Source: Catajapyx aquilonaris (lineage: Eukaryota). From it: a stretch of 40,899 bases of DNA. The translations under genes and the position numbers were made by a program. This document shows positions 24,901-33,900 of this stretch, one piece after another. The notes under the pieces were generated by a model. It worked only from the letters and a program-made list of their open reading frames with translations, was not told where the DNA came from and searched no databases. Within the stretch, counting starts at the first letter, position 1. Every line of letters begins with the position of its first letter. The stretch lies in NCBI GenBank assembly GCA_000934665.2, contig JYFJ02003487.1, positions 1 to 40,899 on the forward strand, in the 5' to 3' direction.

Positions 24901-27900
24901 TTCCGGCTCTCATCACGCCCCCGCAGTGTGACGACGTCGTTCGACACTCCGTGAGACACCATATCGAAACGGCCGGACCACCTGTTTTTTGCCAAGCCCC
25001 GTCGACTGGCCCCGGAGAAGCTGGTCCAGGCAAAAGCAGAGTTTGATCATCTGCTCCGTCTTGGGTATGCAAGGCCATCCAGCAGCCAATGGGCGTCACC
25101 CCTACACATGGTGGCAAAGAAGACCGGAGATTGGCGTCCATGTGGAGACTACAGACCTCTTAACGCGGTCACAATCCCCGACCGTTATCCAATCCCACAT
25201 ATCCATGATTTCACCGCCACCATCGCCGGTTCGACCATCTTCTCACACATTGACCTCGTCCGGGCCTTCCATCAAATTCCGGTGGCCGAAGAAGACGTTC
25301 CGAAGACGGCCATCACCACTCCATTCGGCCTGTTCGAATTCACAAGGATGGGATTCGGCCTACGGAATGCAGCCCAGACGTTCCAGAGGTTCATCGACCA
25401 GGTCCTACGCGGCCTGCCTTTCGCATACGCCTATATTGACGACGTTCTTGTGGCCTCTCCTGACCACGAGTCCCACCATCGCCACCTGAGAGACCTGTTC
25501 CAACGACTCGCTGAGCATGGCGTGCACATCAACCCGCAGAAATGTGTCTTCGGCCGCAACGAGCTCACTTTCCTCTGCCACACCATTTCTGCTGCGGGCA
25601 TCCGCCCCTTGCCGGAGAAGGTAGCAGCCATCGGTGACATACCCACACCAACATCTCGGCGGCAGCTCAAACATTTCATCGGCATGGTGGTGTACTACCA
25701 TAGATTTTTGCCGGCAGCCGCTTTGAAGCTCGCCCCACGCGCTGGCTAATGGCTCTACCAACAAGCTGTCGTGGACCACGGAGGCTACTGTTGCTTTTCA
25801 AGACATCAAGCAGATGCTGGCAGAAGCGACTTTACTCTCACATCCTCGCAGCGACGCCTCTTCACGACTCATGACCGACGCGTCCAACGAGCATGTCGGA
25901 GCCGTGTTGCAACAGCTCCAGGATGGACAGTGGCTGCCTCTTGGCTTCTTTTCCCGGAAGTTGACACCAGCAGAGACCCGATACAGTACTTTCGACAGGG
26001 AATTACTGGCCATGTACTCAGCTGTACGTCATTTTCGGCACCTGTTGGAAGGCCAGCCCTTCCACATAATGACGGACCACAAACCGTTGACCTTCATCTT
26101 CCGGACCGCCAGCAGCAAGCTCTCCCCTCGCCAGTGTCGTCACACTGGATACATCTCGGAGTTCACTACGGACGTCCGGTTCATTCCAGGAGCAGACAAC
26201 GTCCTCGCTGATCTCCTCTCTCGACCCGACGTAGCAGCAGTCACCCCCCGGACCCAGGAGGACATCGCTAGAGCGCAGACGACGGACGACGAGCTTCGGA
26301 AACTCCTGGACGGCCCCATCGGTTGCGAGTTTCGCACTTTTCCAGTACCTAATTCTGACCTTGTCCTTACCTGCGACACCTCTGGTGGGCGTTGCCGGCC
26401 TTTATTCCCGCTTCCTTTCCGCCTTCCCATTTTCCAGCAACTACATGACCTGGCACACCCGGGCATGCGTGCCTCGCAACGTCTGGTATCGGAGAGATAC
26501 GTATGGCCTCGCATGCAGTCCGACGTGCGGCAATGGGCCCGTTGCTGCATCAGCTGCCAGAAAGCCAAAATTCATCGCCACACCAAAGCCCCGCTGTCCA
26601 CATTTCCTGCTCCAGACGGTCATTTCCAGCACGTCCACGTCGACCTCGTCGGACCACTACCTACGTCACGAGGCTGTCGCTACCTGTTCACCTGTGTCGA
26701 CAGGTTCACCCGCTGGCCAGAGGCGGTTCCTGTACCGGACATCACGGCGGAGACGGGCACGTGCCCTCATCGCTGGATGGATCTCTCGTTTTGGCCTACC
26801 AGATTGCATCTCCACTGACCGTGGCACCCAGTTCGAGGCATCACTGCACCACCAGCTGCTTCGGTTACTCGGCGTTACCCGTCGCCGTACCTGCGCCTAT
26901 CACCCACAGGCCAACTCAATGGTAGAGCGCTTCCACCGACAGCTGAAGGCATCCCTCCGTGCGCTTCCTTCACCGGACAATTGGGTCGATGCACTTCCCC
27001 TCGTCCTGCTCGGCATCCGTACGGCGCACAAAGCGGACATAAACGCCAGCTGCGCCGAACTCACGTACGGCACGTGCCTTCGGCTTCCTGGAGAGCTATT
27101 CACACCGCCAGCTACGCTGCTAGCCACACCACCGGACGTCGCGACGTACCTCCGTCGGCTCCAGGAGGTGTTCCAGCTCATTCGCCCCCAGCCAGGGTCA
27201 CGGCACGGCACGGCACCCTGTTTTCAGCACCCGGACCTGCATGCGACGACGCATGTGTTCGTCCGTCACGACGCCTCAAGTCCACCTCTGCGCCCCCCCT
27301 ACGACGGCCCGTAGCCCGTGACCAGCCGAAGCGACAAGTACTTCGCCGTGCAGATCGGGCAGAGGAGCACCAACGTGTCCGTGGACCGCCTGAAGCCAGC
27401 ATTCATTGAGGCCGCGGCTGGGCAGACTCCAGGCAACCCGGTCACTGACGACACTACCTCACCGGCCCGTTCCATGAGCTGCCGCCGGTCCGACCGCATC
27501 GCCAACCAGGTGTCATGTCTGGACGACGATCCAGCCACTGGAGGGGGGTTAATATAGTGACCGGCAGGCACGCCATCCCCTGCCGGCTTCACGTCAGGGG
27601 CAAATGTCCCCTGACTCTCATCGGCCTCATAACCTATCCTGTCCCCTGCTCTTTTTCTGTTCTTTTTCCCTCCAAAAACCTTCAAGGCCAGAGTCTCCCA
27701 ACTCTGGCTGGATCTCCACAAGGTCCGTGCCTTGACTATAAAAGCAGCACCAAGGCCCGGGCCACTTCACTTCAGCTGCAGCCTTCAACGAGGAACACCG
27801 ACTCCGAGCTCCACAGCAGCCACGGCCTACGAGCTCAGCAGCAGCAGCAGCAGCGCATCGAACAACCGGTCCTTTTCAGGACCAACATAACAAACAGCCC

Positions 27901-30900
27901 TTTTCAGGGCCAACACGAGCATCCGTAAAGGGTCACCAAAGGACCATTGGTCGAGTTCTCCATCTTAACCTGTAGCTGCCTCCTTCACAGCCCAATACAA
28001 AGATGTCACCAATCAAAACGATTATGCGGAATTGGGGGACTCTTCCAGGTACCAAAATTACGCCGAACAAAAAAAGTGCCAATTGCACGAGGCTTGCTTT
28101 TCATACAATTTCCCCATTAAAATCACCAGGATAGTGGCAAATTTAAGCAGTGAATCTCATTACTTGCGAATTCAAGGCTATACATGTTTTCCATCCATCC
28201 ATCAACTGATTGTACATTGCGTTACCCACACAGACTAGCTAGTCTCTAGCATGAATTGTACACATGTTCTTGCCATGAAGTATGCACCTCTCAGAGTGGC
28301 CCCAAGTCTCGCCAGATGAGACTTAACATTTCATTGCATGATCCTCCGCCCCACTCACTATACCAACTGTACTCCATCTTCGTCCATTCAACCAGGCTGC
28401 AATGACGTGCAGACATTGTTCTGGAACCCTAACAACGTTGCTGCATACCCAGATCCCCACCCTGATTGTTAAGATTAGCTTCCACCTTGGCGGTCCAATT
28501 AGTCAACGTCATCACTTGCAAATTCCTTTTTTTTGTGAATTGATTTGTTAGTGAATATTATGACGGCAGATATTCAATGAATATTACCACACAATGCGCC
28601 AACATGTGGCAAGAAAAACTTCTTTTTAAACCATCCATGTTTTGATAGTTTTTGCAAATATTAATTTGGCGCGTCATAAGCAAATATGCACCATTTTTTC
28701 ACTCATTCAAATTGTATAAAATCTTGAAGCGTCTGCTCCAGCGCAGTCAGTCGAGATCTGTTTGCTCATCAGCTCAGAAATGTGTTACTGAGTGCGTACT
28801 TCTCAGTGCAATAGTTTGCACAGGTATTGTTTCTTGCATCATATTTGCTGCAAATTTTTATACAGTTGTTATAATAGAGCTCTTCTGGTAACTGTGTCTT
28901 TCCTCTTGTATTAACAGAAAGCAAGCCATGTCCCGATGGTTGGGAATACTACGGACATCACTGCTATCGCATTTACAAAGAAAGAAAACATCGGAACAAT
29001 GCTCTATTGACTTGCCTAGGGTTAACTCCTAGAGCTAACCTGGCCAGTTTCCACAGCGATATAGAAGCTAACGTAGTGACAAGTAAGTCAATAATTTGCA
29101 AACATATTGAAACTTGAACTAACAATGTCGCAAAGGTTTATTGCATTATCCTGTATGGAATATCACTTTGTCCAATATGTATTCTGATGTACTCTCATTG
29201 ATGTGTCAGAGAACTCTCTTTGTCTGTTAGAGAAGATGCTATACACTTTAATTTTTGAACATCTGTTTCGGGTGTTCAGTACATTCCGTTGAATTGCATA
29301 TTTCAATTTTCAGGGCATTTGTTTCGCCACATGTGGATTGGACTCAAATACCTGGGGACGCCAGGCAAATATAACTGGAGTGATGGTACTCAAGTGGTAG
29401 ACGGTTATCTCAAGTGGATGGATGATGAGGAACCCGACTCTGAGGAAGAGAAGTGTATAGAACTAGTCCTACATCAAACCAACAGCGCATTGGGCATCGA
29501 AATGGGGAGATTGAACAACAATAACTGCGACAGGGAATTAAACTTTGTCTGCAAATTAAAGAACCGGCCAGGTAAATATAGGTGTTAATAATGATATGGT
29601 CAGGTCCGTAGAAATGTATCACGTGGATTGGTTCCATTTTTAGAAGGATGTCCGACTCACTGGATGACTAGAGGATCGAGCTGCTTCTACTTCTCGACTG
29701 TCAAGCTCTCGTGGACAGAGGCGAGGAAGTATTGCGTGCGGAAAAATGCAGATTTGGTCAGTTTCAGTGACGACATGGAGCAGTCCTACTTAGCGAGTAA
29801 GTCATTCTGAGACATAGAATTACGTACAACTTCAACATAAATAAAAAATTACTGTAATTAACCTGGACTGTTTTTCAGGTGAAATGGTTCCAGACGTTTG
29901 GATAGGCTATTATTACAGTAGCAGTGTATCGGAATGGCAGTGGCGGGACAGAAGTGCAGTTGGCTACGAGAGATGGAACGAAGGGGAGCCCGATGATGAA
30001 ACAAGCAAGAGCTGTTCCCACGTACTTTTCACAAAAAAGTGGTTCAGCCAAGGATGCGAAGCATCTAACCGTTGCTTTGTCTGCAAATTCCCTCTGCAAG
30101 GTACGGACATTTTATTTACAAATGTATCATCACAGTACTGCACATGTAATATTGTAGAAGCCAACCATGTCCCTCTGGATCAGGGGTTTTTAAACTTTTC
30201 GATGCCCCCTGCACCCCCGGGAAATGTTTCATTAATGTTCGCACCCCCTTCGAAAGTACTGTCAGACAACGGTGTCTAATGTTTGATTTTTGAACCACAA
30301 ACTGAAACATGTACGAGGGATGTTCAAGTCATTCCCGGACTTTATTTTTTAACAAATCACACACAGGTGACACAGGTGTCAAACTTTGGTCATTACTCCA
30401 CATAGTCCCCTACAACAGCACAACATTTTCCCCACCGATGTATAAGCCCTTTTATCCCAGCAGCATAGAATGAGAGTTCCCCCCTCCTCAGCTACGCCAG
30501 GACAGCTTCTTGCACTGTCTCATTCGTCTCGATGACAAATGCTCTTTTAAAGGCCCAAAAAGGTGGAAATCGATGGGGGCGAGGTCGGGGCTGTATGGCA
30601 GGTGAGGAATAGTGGTCCAATTGAGTGTGCGAATTTTGTCCATGGTAATATGGGCTGTGTGGGGGCGGGCATTGTCCTGCAGTAGAATAATGCCTTGCAG
30701 ACACCTTAGAGACGTGAAGGTGTTCATGCAGAATAGTCTCAACACTGCCACAACTGATTCCTGTCATCTGCATAAGTCCACGAACAGTTAACGCAACGGT
30801 TACTGAGCACTAAACCCTCCACATCCTTGATGTTCGCTGGCGTCACCACACTCGGCGCCGACGCACCATGTCCCGGATCATCGAGCACACTTTTGCGGCC

Positions 30901-33900
30901 ACCTTTGTATCGTGCAGCCCACTCGTACACCACCGATCTGCTCAGGGTATCCTCCCCATACTGTCTCCTTAGTCTGGTGACAATGTCCGATGTTTTGATG
31001 CCTTCCGCTACCAGAAAATTAATGATAACGCGCTGTCCCACTACTGCGCTGACACCATCCGATGCCATCTTTTTTTTCTCTGTCACATGACTGTTTACAG
31101 AGACTGGCCCTTGACTGAACATACAAGACAGTTGAAGGAAGGTGTGGTATAAGTTTGACACCTGTGTCACTTGTGTATGATTTGTTAAAAAATAAAGTCC
31201 GGGAATGACTTGAACACCCCTCGTACATACACGCAGAGAGAGCCCCGTGGTGCGGAACCAGTCTAAGTTAATGTTCAAATTCTGATTTTTTTTTGGCCCT
31301 CAGGATGCAATAATTATAAGTGTCAGTTCTATTATTTTAATGTTTATTCCCCGCCGCTCTCTGTCTCGACCCCTGAAACTTCATCTCGCGCCCCCTGCTA
31401 TCCATTTTCAAAATATTGGCCCCAGTGTTTGACTCCAGACAACTCCCATGAAAATGGTCCAAACAAATTTATACATCATTATGAAGCTTATTTAAATCTA
31501 TGCAACATATATATGCAAGTTGTTTACCTATCTTCATTGTGTAATTTTTTTATCGCAAGAAGAACACGGAAAGGTGTCATTTTTTGACTAGTTGCCGACG
31601 TTACGCCACAAAATGACACTTCTCGGAGGCCAAAAAATTCCTCCTGTGAACCCTGGATAGTGCAAATCTTTGTCTATGTAATGATATATTTGAAACAAAG
31701 AAATCGACATTTGTGTAATCATAATTAAGTTAATTGCCCACCTCAGTTATCTCGGACGTTTCTCATCCGAATTACTTCGCGAATGCATAGAAGGCAAGGC
31801 AGAAATGTGCATGATAAAATTGCACCGTGCTGTATTACACTAAGTTTTTAAAATTATTGGTTTAGTAAGTTTAATAGACAAGTACCCAGCCCGCTTTCTG
31901 GAGAGAATAGACAGCCATACTTTTAAATCCGTGTAGAAAGTTTCGTGTAATAGAGCACAGTGCAATTTTATCACATACATATATGGCTTGATATCGATAC
32001 ATTCGTGAAGTAATCGAATGAGAAACGGCCGAGGTAGCTGAGGTGTGCAATCAACATAATCATGGTTACACAAATGGCGATATCTAAGTTTCAAATATAT
32101 CATTAGACAGAGAAAGATTTGCACTGCCCAGGGCTCACAGGGGGAATTATTTGGCGTCCGAGAAGTGTCTTAAAATATTCATTTTGCGGCGGCAACTAGT
32201 CAAAAACTGAGACCCTTCCGTGTTCTTCTTGCGTATTCTTGCATTTCTGCGCATTTCTTGCAATAGAAAATTACACAATGAAGATAGGTTAACAACTCGC
32301 ATGTATGTTACATAGATTTAAACAAGCTTTCTAAGGATGTATAACGTTAGGATAAGCTATTGTTTATCCGCACGTTAACAACAAGGCCTCCCGACGGTTG
32401 GCAACTTTGCATCGCAAACAATCGGGTGCCTATTGATACTGCTGCATGGTTACATGGAACTGTGCTTTATTCTTCTTTTCGGGCTTTCGGGGATTCAATT
32501 CGGGATTTTGAGGTGATTAAGTGGATGGAATAGCCCTTTGTCTTGGTGGTGCTGTATGGCTTTTTGTTACCGCAACATTACTGTACATTGTTGTGGTCCT
32601 GCCAGGCACGGTACGTCGCCCGTCCCTGATATTTTTAGTTTATGCGGAGCGATAGCGGAGCTGGGCGCTTATTGTGGGTTTCTGTATCCGCAACATTGAC
32701 TGTCCCTTTTGTGGCGCCGCAGGCCAACCAACGCTATTGTGGCTTTGCCAAGCGCGAAGTACACCTTCACACAGTCACGACGCCAAGTTCCGCCCGCCAC
32801 CACCCGGCTCTCCCCTCCAATCATGCCCACGACTCACTCTGCAGGCATACTGCTGCACACGCTCAGAAAACACGGCTGGTGTGACATGATATCGTTCTTT
32901 GGATTAACGGACTGCAGCACAACCATCATGGCTTTTATATTTCCCACCTCCTTCATTAATATTGATTGGGTAGTGCTTTCACCCTATCCGGGTATATCGC
33001 ATGGACCTTTATTTGTTGTATACATTGGAGCCTTTATACGTATCACCCGGGCCCACGGGCAGGATGACAGGAGGGGATGTGCAAGTGCAGTGCATCTGAC
33101 GTGTGGCCATTTTTAGTGAGCTCCCCCGGGTGGTTTAGTCTGTAGGAAATACCACCCGAGACGAAGCCAGAGGTGACCGACCTCTGCACGAGATGAAGGG
33201 GGTGTCCCCGGGCTGGGATCGAACCCGGGACCTTAACATCCGTGGGCGCGCGCGTTACCGCGGCGCCACTCCGTCTCCCTTACCTCCTTCATTAATACTG
33301 TGGTCCTAGCACTTGTCTTAACGGTTCGCGTGGCAGGGGTAAGAAGACGCCCTTTGTTGTGCTCTCCCGGCAACCGGTTGTTTGCGACGCGTAGCCGACA
33401 TGTTTGAAGCACCGCGTCGCTATGTGCGGATAAACGATAGACTTTCCTAACGTTATTTATTATTTGGATCATTTTCCTGGGAGTTTTCTAGAGTCAAACA
33501 GAGGGGCCAATATTTTAAAAATGGATAGGGGTGCGGGCACCCCAGGTTAAGAATCCCTGGATGGATCAGACATGACACCAGTTGTTACAACTTCTCTTGA
33601 GAGTCACTGCAATGGCTACCTTACGCTCTTCAGGAGTGTGGAAATTTAGACGAACGAGCTATTCTGGTTACAGTGGTTGACGACAGTGAATGCAACTTTG
33701 TTAAAGCAACATCCATTTTGTACAGTGTTGGACATTAATCGGGTCATAATGCTTGGGACATTTTCTGATGCAGATGAAGTGCAAATCAAGGCGAGCTGTG
33801 CGAGTAAGAAGAGGTAGGCCTTGAGTGACGTCACCGGATGGGGGGAAATGGAGAGAAGGCTTGTCCCCCAGCCAGTGACGTCACCCAAGGGCTACCTCTT

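Larger units (their letters stand above)
23203..27940 (+). mobile_element. Full-length Ty3/Gypsy LTR retrotransposon with disrupted pol
   Basis: LTRs 23203-23584 and 27553-27940, TSD GGAC, PBS tggtgaccccgac, PPT ggagggggg; domain order PR (IDTGA), RT (YIDD), RH (TDAS), IN (HHCC, GPY-like). Confidence 0.97.
22740..28585 (+). mobile_element. Decayed LINE 3' fragment split by the Gypsy insertion (22740-23202 and 27941-28585)
   Basis: [37 protein letters not shown]; same type as the LINE at 12861. Confidence 0.7.
31398..33528. mobile_element. Foldback element with arms of about 440 bp; right arm interrupted
   Basis: 31398-31840 is the diverged reverse complement of 31945-32345 plus 33455-33528. 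Confidence 0.8.
30181..33559. mobile_element. hAT-like non-autonomous element hosting nested insertions
   Basis: caggggtttttaaac...ggttaagaatccctg termini; the whole block is absent from the paralogous intron near 22383. The TSD is imperfect. Confidence 0.75.

Noticed and set aside
11687..30100. Cluster of separate small lectin genes
   Set aside because: No signal-peptide exons or terminal stop exons lie between the cassettes, and every D exon ends in a phase-1 donor. Not fully excluded without RNA data.
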